From Chthoniobacteraceae bacterium (GTDB lineage Bacteria > Verrucomicrobiota > Verrucomicrobiia > Chthoniobacterales > Chthoniobacteraceae): a DNA stretch of 47,598 nt. Below, in pieces: positions 19,606 to 27,107 of this stretch (the stretch's first letter is position 1; each line of letters begins with the position of its first letter). A program made the position numbers and the translations under genes. A model generated the notes under the pieces. That model ran no database searches. It saw only the letters and a program-made list of their open reading frames with translations, and was not told the DNA's origin. Location of the stretch: the NCBI GenBank assembly GCA_036388515.1, contig DASVRR010000298.1, forward strand, positions 1 to 47,598, given 5' to 3'.

Positions 19606-20238
19606 CTATTCATCGAGCGATCCTTCCTTCGGCATCATCGCGCCATCGAGATGCAGCACAGTCTTGATCGCTCTATCTACATCACAGTAAGGCTCCCTTG
19701 TTTTGTCAGTCTGAAATGGCTCGAAGAAGGCCGTAGGTGTACCCGGAAGGCCGTCACCCCGAGTCAGCTTGAACCAGGTGAACGTCACAGAATTTCGGTC
19801 GCCGAAGCTCGTCCCAAATTCGCGTTCTGCAATGACTACATACGTCGCATTCGCCTTTCGATCGGTCAGCAATCGGAAACTGAGAGTCTGGCAATCGGCA
19901 CCTCCACCAACCCGCAGGAAATAGTCGTAATTCTCGGTTTTTAGGTCCATGCGGAAGGGAACAATCTGCCACTCTTGCGGATTTGAATTTTGAGCACTGG
20001 TCCGAAGGTAAAAGCTAGCCATTTGGAACGAGTGGGCGTTGAAGTTCTCACGATGGGCCAGGATCACCATCCCTGCATCTGCTCCCGTGCCGAAAGGCAC
20101 CTCGTTGACTCCGCTGTGGAGCGGTACTACTTCCGCGTTCGCCGGCACACCGGCGGCGATTGCACTCGCTGACACAAGAAGTGCGCAGATGGCGACCGCT
20201 GAGTGCCCGAGGAGTCGGAATAGGAAATATTCGTTCAT
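19606..20238 (-). CDS. Secreted CarG-like protein (cassette gene)
   Basis: Signal peptide; LHSGVN, HRENFNAHSF, WQIVPF, GGADC, WFKL...PGTP and YCDVD recall the carbapenem self-resistance CarG-like family (recalled similarity, not searched). Confidence 0.55.
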   Translation of the reverse strand: MNEYFLFRLLGHSAVAICALLVSASAIAAGVPANAEVVPLHSGVNEVPFGTGADAGMVILAHRENFNAHSFQMASFYLRTSAQNSNPQEWQIVPFRMDLKTENYDYFLRVGGGADCQTLSFRLLTDRKANATYVVIAEREFGTSFGDRNSVTFTWFKLTRGDGLPGTPTAFFEPFQTDKTREPYCDVDRAIKTVLHLDGAMMPKEGSLDE

Positions 20239-20260
20239 AAATGAAGTTGTGCGTAGGAAC

Positions 20261-20363
20261 CTCCAACCAGGCAAGCTCACGGCCCGCGAGCGCGACGCGG
20301 CACCTGCATGGTGGACGGTAATGTGGCGGTGGAAAGGTGCCGTAACCCGCGGAGCAGTTAGCT
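20261..20363 (-). other. attC-like site (degenerate)
   Basis: Minus strand AGCTAAC ... GTTGGAG. Internal stem CGGCACCT (20298-20305)/AGGTGCCG (20335-20342) plus CCGCG arms; right arm GGCCGTGAGCTTG is L'-like. Confidence 0.6.
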
Positions 20364-20370
20364 AAACCGC
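20357..20370 (+). repeat. 14-bp direct repeat GTTAGCTAAACCGC, copy 2
   Basis: Identical to 19504-19517. Confidence 0.9.
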
Positions 20371-20526
20371 AGTGTCAGGCTTGTTCAGGCAAATGCTCGA
20401 ACTGGTTGACGATTGTGCAACCTACTCAGAGATCGAGAGAGGCTAGAACGGAGAAATGGCTGCGGCGAGCAGAGCGAACTGGCGGGAGCAAAGACTATTA
20501 CTCCAGAGCGGTGCGGTGCGCGGATG

Positions 20527-20799
20527 CTAGGCGTCACAGTCATTGACGACCGGCGTTGATCCAGAGCCGGCTGAGGCGCGGGCAACGAGGATGATATCCT
20601 CATTGAGTGGAAGTAGCTCAATTGTGGCGGGAGCTATTTCGGCGCAGCCGTTTGTCATGTGGTAAAAGCGACTCACTTCGTGATCCGGATCAAACACGCC
20701 AGTAATAATCCGTTCCGGAGGTCCTGCATTCAAAACACGATCCCCAACCATGACGCGCTGTCCATCCATGTAGAAGGGCCGGAAGTCTGGATGGCTCAT
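20527..20799 (-). CDS. Hypothetical 90-aa cassette protein
   Basis: ATG preceded by GTTCTAA; the stop lies in GCCTAGC, one mismatch from GCCTAAC. Confidence 0.55.
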   Translation of the reverse strand: MSHPDFRPFYMDGQRVMVGDRVLNAGPPERIITGVFDPDHEVSRFYHMTNGCAEIAPATIELLPLNEDIILVARASAGSGSTPVVNDCDA

Positions 20800-20850
20800 A
20801 GTTGACTTAGAACAGCCCGCCTACCCCAACACTGCGGACAACGTCTTGAG

Positions 20851-20865
20851 GCACAACAGTTAGAC
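20851..20865 (-). other. Minimal R''-R' junction (15 bp) GTCTAAC-T-GTTGTGC
   Basis: Contains the TAA stop of the upstream ORF in GTCTAAC, immediately followed by a GTT box. Confidence 0.55.
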
Positions 20866-21141
20866 GCCCTTGGATCTGCGGAAGACCGTGCAGAGCAAGA
20901 TGAAGTAGAGCACGGCTGCGAGTAACGACACGACCGAGATGACGATGAATGCCTCGTGGCGCTGGGCATACGGGATGAAGGGATGTGACTGCGAGAAGTC
21001 CGCGCGGCCTGCGCCGTAATCCCAACTGGCACCTGAGTCCAGAGCGCTGTCCACTGCGACAAACTCCCGAATGTAACTGAACGCGAGCGCCATAGGACAG
21101 GTGAGCAGCAAAAGAAGAGGGAGAAAGCGTGTGGTTCTCAC
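20860..21141 (-). CDS. Hypothetical two-TM cassette protein
   Basis: Hydrophobic N- and C-terminal segments around ALDSGASWDY; stop within GTCTAAC; GTG start 21141 chosen. Confidence 0.65.
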   Translation of the reverse strand: MRTTRFLPLLLLLTCPMALAFSYIREFVAVDSALDSGASWDYGAGRADFSQSHPFIPYAQRHEAFIVISVVSLLAAVLYFILLCTVFRRSKGV

Positions 21142-21158
21142 GGGAGACGTGCGGCATC

Positions 21159-21177
21159 GCACAACAGGTGATTAGGC
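21159..21177 (-). other. Minimal 7+5+7 site GCCTAAT-CACCT-GTTGTGC
   Basis: R''-like box carrying a stop codon, a 5-bp spacer and an R'-like GTT box. Confidence 0.6.
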
Positions 21178-21363
21178 GATGCGGTCATTAGTCTGAATGG
21201 CTTGGCCATAGCAAGCGACGTGAAGGAAAGGACAATGACGAGCCCGGTTCTCACGGTGATTGTAGTCGTTTTCACAGGGGATGCTCTTGAACACTCTGCG
21301 AGGTAGCTTTAACGTCCTTCCGTCATCAGATCGAATCGTGATCGAGGAATAGATGAGGTTCAA
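21172..21363 (-). pseudogene. Probable cassette gene remnant (63 aa)
   Basis: Stop lies in GCCTAAT; the only start is a TTG inside the GTTGAAC box; no recognisable domain. Confidence 0.35.
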
Positions 21364-21462
21364 CTTGCGATCGGCGGCTGGCGCGGCGGCTGCCAGTGGT
21401 CTGCGGGTCTGCCGCAGCCGGTGTGCCAGCGGAGCCGATTCGCTGCATTGGCTTTGTTAGGC
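21358..21462 (-). other. attC-like site (~105 bp, right end damaged)
   Basis: GCCTAAC-AAAGC-CAATGCAG-CGAATCGGC...GCCGATCGC-AA-GTTGAAC; nested stems GCTGGC/GCCAGC and GGCTGC/GCAGCC. Confidence 0.7.
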
Positions 21463-21492
21463 TTCGTTGCACTTTAGAGTTGAGCATGCGCA

Positions 21493-21789
21493 TCATGGCT
21501 TCTTCTCAATCTTCACACCCGTTGGAACCCGAATATCAACCGATGATTCGATGACTCCAACTCCAAAGAGAAGCTTCTTCTCATATCTGCCGCTGTAGTC
21601 ATCGTCGTGCAGCTCCCAGTCAGCGTCCGCGACTCCGGGGTAGCGGTGCTTTTCCAAGTCCACCTTACCGTCACCATTTCTGTCGTAATAGGTAACCCGC
21701 TCTCGCTTCTTGAGGCTATCGCCACCTTTTTCGCAACCGAACAAACACGCAGTCGTCGCGACAAACAGATAGGTTAGCGGGATTCTCAT
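21493..21789 (-). CDS. Cassette lipoprotein with Dx[DN]xDG motif
   Basis: MRIPLTYLFVATTACLFGC lipobox-like; DRNGDGKVD. Bounded by the perfectly complementary GTTAGGC (21802-21808) and GCCTAAC (21456-21462). Confidence 0.75.
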   Translation of the reverse strand: MRIPLTYLFVATTACLFGCEKGGDSLKKRERVTYYDRNGDGKVDLEKHRYPGVADADWELHDDDYSGRYEKKLLFGVGVIESSVDIRVPTGVKIEKKP

Positions 21790-21801
21790 GCGCGTGAGCC
21801 T

Positions 21802-21820
21802 GCCTAACATATGATTAGAC
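21802..21820 (-). other. Minimal 7+5+7 site GTCTAAT-CATAT-GTTAGGC
   Basis: Canonical GTTRRRY preceded by 5 bp and an R''-like box holding the stop of the 21815-22054 ORF. Confidence 0.65.
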
Positions 21821-22054
21821 GGCATTGGGTCTGCGGTTCAGCAGGAAGAGCTTGGCTATATAACACAGGCCTGCGATCAGAGCTGCGGGTGGGAGAACTA
21901 GGAGATCGACTGGAATGTTCATCTCCGCCGGCATTAGATGCTCGTAAAGCGGCCAGAGGAAAACCAGGAGCAGCGGCAGGTGAACAAAGGTGCGGGAGAC
22001 GTTTCCACGAAAACGCCCCGGGTAGACGATTGCGGAGGCTGCGATCACGAGCAT
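21815..22054 (-). CDS. Small membrane cassette protein (possibly 5'-truncated)
   Basis: Hydrophobic; YE..MP..MNIPVDLL segment; stop inside GTCTAAT. Confidence 0.6.
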   Translation of the reverse strand: MLVIAASAIVYPGRFRGNVSRTFVHLPLLLVFLWPLYEHLMPAEMNIPVDLLVLPPAALIAGLCYIAKLFLLNRRPNAV

Positions 22055-22116
22055 CGTCCAGAAGAGGAAGGGAGAATCACGTCGCGGGTGCAGGTTGCCT
22101 CACTGGGCATTCAGCC

Positions 22117-24144
22117 TCAGTTCTGCGCTGGCTCGGGCACGGGAGATCCGGACGTCACCTTCTGCTTTGCTGCCTCCAGCTTCTCGGTGATGCGCGCCCG
22201 GAGTTTTAGATCCTCTTGTTCGACAGCGAGCGCCTTTTGCCAATAGCCGAGAGCCTCCGGAATCTTCCCCAGCTTTGCGTAAGCGTCGGCGATGTGATCC
22301 AAGACCGTCGGGTCCTCCTTGTTCATCTCGCGGACGATACTTTGCTGCGCGTGGAGCAGTTCCTTTAGCGCGCTCTCAGCATCGCCGGTTTTATAGAAAT
22401 ACCATCCGAGACTGTCCAGATAAGCGCCATTTTCCGGCTCCATTTCGACAGCTTTCTTGATCAGCTTTCCGGCTTCTTCCAGGTTTTCTCCGCGGTCCGC
22501 CCACATATAGCCGAGATAGTTATAGGCGATCGGCACGGTTGGTTCGAGTTCGATGCTGCGCTTCAACAATTCAGCCGCACGCTCAAACTGGCCAGCCTGC
22601 TCGGCAGCCGCGCCATAGTGGAAAAAGAACTGATATCCCAGCATCTCCTCGCTGTGCTCCTCCGCTTCCTTTTGTGCCTCCGCAAATGTTGCCAGCGCAT
22701 CGGTGTGTCGCTCGGCTTGACCCTGAGCGAGCGCGATTCCGTAGGTGATATAAGGCAGATCGGGAAACTTCTTCCGCGCGCTGTTCAGCGTGGCAATCGC
22801 CTCGTCATACTTCTTCGCTTCACTGAGCAGATCAGCGAGCCGCAAGTGATTCCGAGGCTCGTCCACATCCAGCGGCAGCCCGAATCGAAAGTTCTCCGCA
22901 GCCTTTTCGTGATTGCCGGCCTGGCGATAAAGTTCCCCTAGAACTTCGCGGGTCTCGAAGCGTTGGGGATAATCGCGCACCAGTTGCTCAAAGGTCTCGA
23001 TGGCCTCGTCGCGCTGGCCGGTCACGATCAAGCTGCGGGCGAGTTTCTCCCGGACGTTTGCTGCGGCAGGATCGTTCGGTCCGGCGGCGAGCCGCAAGAC
23101 GCTGAGGTAATACGGAATCGCCTCTTTGATCTGCTTCGAGAGCACGTAGAAATCCGCCACTTTGCTCAGGAGAGCCGGTTTGTCCGGCGCGAGCGCGGCG
23201 ACTTTTTCATAGACCGCGTTCATGCGCGCGAGCTGCTCCGGAGTGCAGGCGCCATCCGGCTTGAGATAGAGTTTTTGGAAGAACTCCCCGAGGTCCACCC
23301 AGAACTGCGGATCCTTGCTGTCGCTCTTGAACGCTTTCTCCAGAACCGCCTCGCTCTTCTTCGGCTGAGCGGTGCCTTCGTAGATTTCGTGCAGCGCGAG
23401 GTAGGCCTTGAAGTTCCCCGGCGCGAGCAGGAGCGCCTGTTCCGCGTAAGTCAGTCCGAGATCCGGTTTCTTGAGCTGGTTTGTGTAAAGCTGCGACAGA
23501 TAAATGTACGGCAGCGGCTCCTTGGGAGAGGCTTTGATGGTGTCCTTAAGAACCTGAATGCCGGCCGCGACATCATTCCGACGCGCGAGTTCGTAGGCCA
23601 CCTTGACCGCCAGTTCAGCATGCGTCGGATCCAGTTCGAGCGCGCGCCGATAGCCGGCCAGCATTCCTTCCGGATCAGCCTGGTCTTCCGCCAGCAATCC
23701 TTTTGTAAATGCAGCCAAGGCTTCCGCCTTCCGAGCATCTTCGGGCTTCAGCTGCAAATCGACGGGCGCCGGCCGGAATTCAGAAGGCCAGGCGTCCGCG
23801 TATTCGGGTCCTGCCTTTGCCGCCGGGGCTGGCTCTTTGCCCGCGGGAGCTTTCGGCGCCGGTGCGGTTTCCGGTGGAACGATCCCGCTTGCTCCGGGTG
23901 CGATTGCTTCCCCACCAGCCGGGCGCGTGACCGGCCGCTTTCGCTGCGGCTTGGGCGTCGCAATCGGCGCTGGCGGGATTGCCGCCGGCGGTTGCCTCGA
24001 CCACCATTTCGCCGGGCCCTGCCGTGGCGTCGCAGGCGCTGCTCCCGTGGGCGGCGCGGCCTGAACCGGCCCTGCTAGAAAACCGACACTCGCGGCAAGA
24101 ACCACCGCGGCCTTCGTCGAAAACCCTGCCTGGCGGAAGTGCAT
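22117..24144 (-). CDS. Exported TPR-repeat protein
   Basis: Signal peptide, Pro/Ala-rich linker, many TPRs, C-terminal NYLGYMWAD...YLDSLGWYFYK...DHIADAY motif; start trimmed to ATG 24144. Confidence 0.88.
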   Translation of the reverse strand: MHFRQAGFSTKAAVVLAASVGFLAGPVQAAPPTGAAPATPRQGPAKWWSRQPPAAIPPAPIATPKPQRKRPVTRPAGGEAIAPGASGIVPPETAPAPKAPAGKEPAPAAKAGPEYADAWPSEFRPAPVDLQLKPEDARKAEALAAFTKGLLAEDQADPEGMLAGYRRALELDPTHAELAVKVAYELARRNDVAAGIQVLKDTIKASPKEPLPYIYLSQLYTNQLKKPDLGLTYAEQALLLAPGNFKAYLALHEIYEGTAQPKKSEAVLEKAFKSDSKDPQFWVDLGEFFQKLYLKPDGACTPEQLARMNAVYEKVAALAPDKPALLSKVADFYVLSKQIKEAIPYYLSVLRLAAGPNDPAAANVREKLARSLIVTGQRDEAIETFEQLVRDYPQRFETREVLGELYRQAGNHEKAAENFRFGLPLDVDEPRNHLRLADLLSEAKKYDEAIATLNSARKKFPDLPYITYGIALAQGQAERHTDALATFAEAQKEAEEHSEEMLGYQFFFHYGAAAEQAGQFERAAELLKRSIELEPTVPIAYNYLGYMWADRGENLEEAGKLIKKAVEMEPENGAYLDSLGWYFYKTGDAESALKELLHAQQSIVREMNKEDPTVLDHIADAYAKLGKIPEALGYWQKALAVEQEDLKLRARITEKLEAAKQKVTSGSPVPEPAQN

Positions 24145-24161
24145 GGCCGCCACCTTACCGC

Positions 24162-24266
24162 CTAGCTCTTGTAGCGCAAACGCTTCTTGTGGCGGTTCTC
24201 TTTCATCCGCTTCCGGCGTTTGTGTTTTGCGATTTTGGCTTTCCGCCGCTTCTTGAGTGAACCCAT
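24162..24266 (-). CDS. Ribosomal protein bS22-like (AURKAIP1/COX24 domain), 34 aa
   Basis: Not in the ORF track. MGSLKKRRKAKIAKHKRRKRMKENRHKKRLRYKS* matches the MGS..KKRR..(M/I).KHK..K pattern. Confidence 0.85.
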   Translation of the reverse strand: MGSLKKRRKAKIAKHKRRKRMKENRHKKRLRYKS

Positions 24267-24337
24267 GTGGTAGTTGGTTTTCGGTGAGGGGTGGCGAGGA
24301 AATCACGGTTACCGCGACCCGGCAACCGGTTTTTTCC

Positions 24338-25222
24338 TCAATAGACCACTTTGTTCAGCGGATACTCGATGATCCCTTCCGCTCCCAGCGCCTTGAGCTG
24401 CGGGATGATTTCGCGCACCACGGCCTCATCGATAATGGTCTCGACCGCCACCCAATCCGAGCTGGCGAGATGCGCGATGGTCGGATTGCGGAGCGCCGGA
24501 AGCGCCGCCAAGAGCTCCTGCAGCCGGGCTTCCGGAAGATTCATCTTCAAGCCGACTTTATCCCGGGCCGCATACGCGCCCTTCAGCAGCAGCACCAGCT
24601 TCTCGATCTTTGCTTTCTTCCAGTGATCTGCCAGGGCAGCTTTGTTCGCGATGAACTGCGGCCACGACTCCATGATCGTCTCGAGAATTCGCAGCTTGTT
24701 CGCCCGGAGCGAAGATCCTGTCTCAGTGACATCGACGATGGCATCCACCAGATCGGGAACCTTCACCTCCGTGGCGCCCCACGAAAACTCCACCGCCGCG
24801 GTGACTCCATGTCGCGCGAGATAGCTCCGCGTCAGCTCGACTGCTTCGGTGGCGATCACTTTCCCCTGAAGATCCTGCACAGTTCGAATCGGCGAATCTT
24901 CCGGAACCGCAATCACCCAACGCGTCGGTTTGCTGCTGACCTTGGAGAAAGTCATCTCCGCCAGCACCTCCACGTCGCTCCCGTTATTGGCGATCCAATC
25001 TTTGCCCGTGAGTCCGCAATCGAGGAAGCCGTGCTCCACATAGCGGCTGATTTCCTGCGCGCGGAGCAAGCGGATCGTCAGCTCCGGATCATCCACAGCG
25101 GGCCGGTAGGAGCGACTCGCGCCGGAGATATTGAATCCGGCTTTGGAAAAGAGAGCAAAAGTGGGCTCCTGCAAGCTGCCCGAGGGCAAGCCGATGCGGA
25201 GCACTCGGTCGGCGGTGTCCAT
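24338..25222 (-). CDS. hisG: ATP phosphoribosyltransferase (long form)
   Basis: [49 protein letters not shown]-terminal regulatory domain. Confidence 0.95.
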   Translation of the reverse strand: MDTADRVLRIGLPSGSLQEPTFALFSKAGFNISGASRSYRPAVDDPELTIRLLRAQEISRYVEHGFLDCGLTGKDWIANNGSDVEVLAEMTFSKVSSKPTRWVIAVPEDSPIRTVQDLQGKVIATEAVELTRSYLARHGVTAAVEFSWGATEVKVPDLVDAIVDVTETGSSLRANKLRILETIMESWPQFIANKAALADHWKKAKIEKLVLLLKGAYAARDKVGLKMNLPEARLQELLAALPALRNPTIAHLASSDWVAVETIIDEAVVREIIPQLKALGAEGIIEYPLNKVVY

Positions 25223-25304
25223 TGGGCGAAAAGGACGGCGAAGCTAGTTCTCCGTCTCAGGCCACGCGAGGAAAAATGCCGTCCACGCTGCGCTCTTCCG
25301 CCAC

Positions 25305-25341
25305 AAAAAGCTGGCCGGCACCCTCGCGGATGCCGGCCAGC
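25305..25341 (-). terminator. Intrinsic terminator
   Basis: GCTGGCCGGCA...TGCCGGCCAGC stem followed by TTTTT on the minus strand, downstream of the 25365-25913 gene. Confidence 0.8.
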
Positions 25342-25364
25342 GAAACTGCTGCTCGCGGAGGAGC

Positions 25365-25913
25365 CTATTTGTCCCCGGTTTCAGTCGCGCTTCTTCCCTG
25401 AATCGCCTTGCCGCTGTTCGAAGTATTGTTCCCCGGACCTTCGGTGGTTTCCCGATCCTCCGGTTTTGCTCCGGACCCCGTGCCGCCCATCGCCGTGCTG
25501 CTGCCGCTTTTGTTTCCGGTGGAAGTCGCCGTGGAACTCGCCGCCGCGCCCGAGCTGGCACCGCTTGCTGCGCTCGTCTTCAGAGCCGCTGGAGCGTCGT
25601 CCACCTTTCCTTCCTGATTCACCCACTGACCTTCTTTCAGTTCCACGGTTTTGCCGCCTTTGATCATCACTTTCCCGTCCCCGTGAATCATCATTCCGCC
25701 GGGAAGACTCGAGTCTTTGGTCACTTGCTTCTCCTTCTTCCCATCGCGCACGAGCCAATGATTGCCGTCGATCTTCGCGATGCCGTTCTGCGTTCCCGCC
25801 GACGCGCTCGCTGTCTGCGAAGTGCCGGTGCTGCTCTTTTCATCCGCTGCGAAGCCGGGCAAAGCCAGCGCTCCCGCAGCGATCACCGTCAATAAGGTTG
25901 GAAATGCTTTCAT
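25365..25913 (-). CDS. Secreted protein, DUF6799-like domain with low-complexity tail
   Basis: Signal peptide from ATG 25913; DG...LPGG.MI.GDGKV...GKTVELKEG...EGK; Ser/Thr/Gly-rich tail. Confidence 0.65.
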   Translation of the reverse strand: MKAFPTLLTVIAAGALALPGFAADEKSSTGTSQTASASAGTQNGIAKIDGNHWLVRDGKKEKQVTKDSSLPGGMMIHGDGKVMIKGGKTVELKEGQWVNQEGKVDDAPAALKTSAASGASSGAAASSTATSTGNKSGSSTAMGGTGSGAKPEDRETTEGPGNNTSNSGKAIQGRSATETGDK

Positions 25914-25995
25914 AGTAAGGGATGCATCGTTCGCGCCGCCACTCGTGGTGGTGAAGAGGGCTGAAACTTTGCCGGGTAGCGTTCGAAGGCGGCAA

Positions 25996-26256
25996 TCAGA
26001 AAGCGTGAATCGCGCGCAGCCAGACCGTCTCCTCATCGAAGCTGTAAAACAACCAAACCTCCGCGCCTGAAATCACGTTCATCGGCAGACACCACACTGC
26101 AACATCGTCGGTCCGGGATCCGATCTCCGGGTCGTAGCTGAGTAGGAACTTTGCCGCAGCAACGAACTCGTCCGCGGCTTCCGCGCCTTCCACCAGTGCG
26201 CGCAGTTCCCGCTCAAATTCGTGCTCGTGGACAATGCTACGCGGTCGCTCCGCCAT
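25996..26256 (-). CDS. Hypothetical protein, possibly RelE/ParE-like fold
   Basis: 86 aa; IVHEHEFERELRAL start and WLFYSFDEETVWLRAI end resemble RelE/ParE topology; weak. Confidence 0.45.
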   Translation of the reverse strand: MAERPRSIVHEHEFERELRALVEGAEAADEFVAAAKFLLSYDPEIGSRTDDVAVWCLPMNVISGAEVWLFYSFDEETVWLRAIHAF

Positions 26257-26527
26257 GCGCCCTGCCGTTCAGCGGCCTCTCCGCAACTACTTTGCCAAAT
26301 GCCCGGACCTTCGCTAGCGGCGACTGAAATCCGACGGAGTCCAAGCCCTTTTCCGGAGCTTCCTCAGGATGCGCAGCGATCACAATCTCCGCACGACCTT
26401 TGCGATTTTCAGGCAGAAGATTGGTGGATTTCCGCTCGGGGCGGGTGAGTCCTTGGCGGCGCATGGCGTCGGCATCGTAGCCGGGCTGCGCGTGATCGTC
26501 AAACAGCTCAAGGCAGGCGGCGACCTG

Positions 26528-27100
26528 CTACGGCTGAAGATCGAACGCATGGCTAACGATCGGGCCGGCGGAGCCAGCGTCGAACTCGCACGCGGCCTCG
26601 ACCCCAAGCCGCGCGATAACTTCCGGATCTTCCACCTGCTTGTAAACAGCATGCATCGCTCCGAGCGCAAAACGTGTCCCTGAGCCGTTGGCCCAGAAGG
26701 AACTGTATTCGACGACTTCCCGATCGCTCTGGACTTCGAACAGTCCAGACGGAGCTGCAATCAGGCAGTTCCATTGGCTCGACTGCACGGGTTGATCATC
26801 CTGCTCACCAGTCTCCAGGTGGAACTCCTCCTTTAGCGTTTTGTGCAGTTTGTGGAAGGTCTCGAAGATGTGTCGGCGCGAACGAAAATCGAGGTCTGCC
26901 GGGCACCGCTCCATGACGCTTTCGAATATATTGTGGAAGACACTCCATCCGGTAAAACCGATGAAGGCTCCGCGGAAGTGATGAATCTTCGCCGAGTTAA
27001 CGCGATATTTTGACGCGATCTTCAATGAACCTTCGGAGAAGAGGCTGTCTGCCGCGATAACAGCACGGGATCCTTTGCGGACGACGACGAGAGTGGACAT
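26528..27100 (-). CDS. Proteasome-beta/HslV-like Ntn hydrolase (BPH-like)
   Basis: M-STLVVV.K...IAADS, KI, IFETF.KLH..LKE, E.DD.P..SSQ, FWA.GSG..FALGAM, GV.AACEFD. Confidence 0.8.
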   Translation of the reverse strand: MSTLVVVRKGSRAVIAADSLFSEGSLKIASKYRVNSAKIHHFRGAFIGFTGWSVFHNIFESVMERCPADLDFRSRRHIFETFHKLHKTLKEEFHLETGEQDDQPVQSSQWNCLIAAPSGLFEVQSDREVVEYSSFWANGSGTRFALGAMHAVYKQVEDPEVIARLGVEAACEFDAGSAGPIVSHAFDLQP

Positions 27101-27107
27101 AGGGAAT

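Larger units (their letters stand above)
19504..22116 (-). mobile_element. Integron-cassette-like array lacking an integrase (CALIN-like, degenerate)
   Basis: 5-6 small co-oriented minus-strand ORFs, three with stop codons inside RYYTAAY boxes; two long attC-like hairpins; three short R''-R' junctions; lower GC than the flanks; no intI in the window. Confidence 0.7.

Noticed and set aside
19504-22116. CRISPR array or IS/prophage as the explanation of the island
   Set aside because: No regularly spaced identical repeats, cas genes, transposase, integrase or phage genes; the junctions fit cassette boxes better.
26237-26464. 75-aa ORF as the antitoxin for the RelE-like gene
   Set aside because: No HTH/RHH features, and its composition looks like translated intergenic DNA; not supported.
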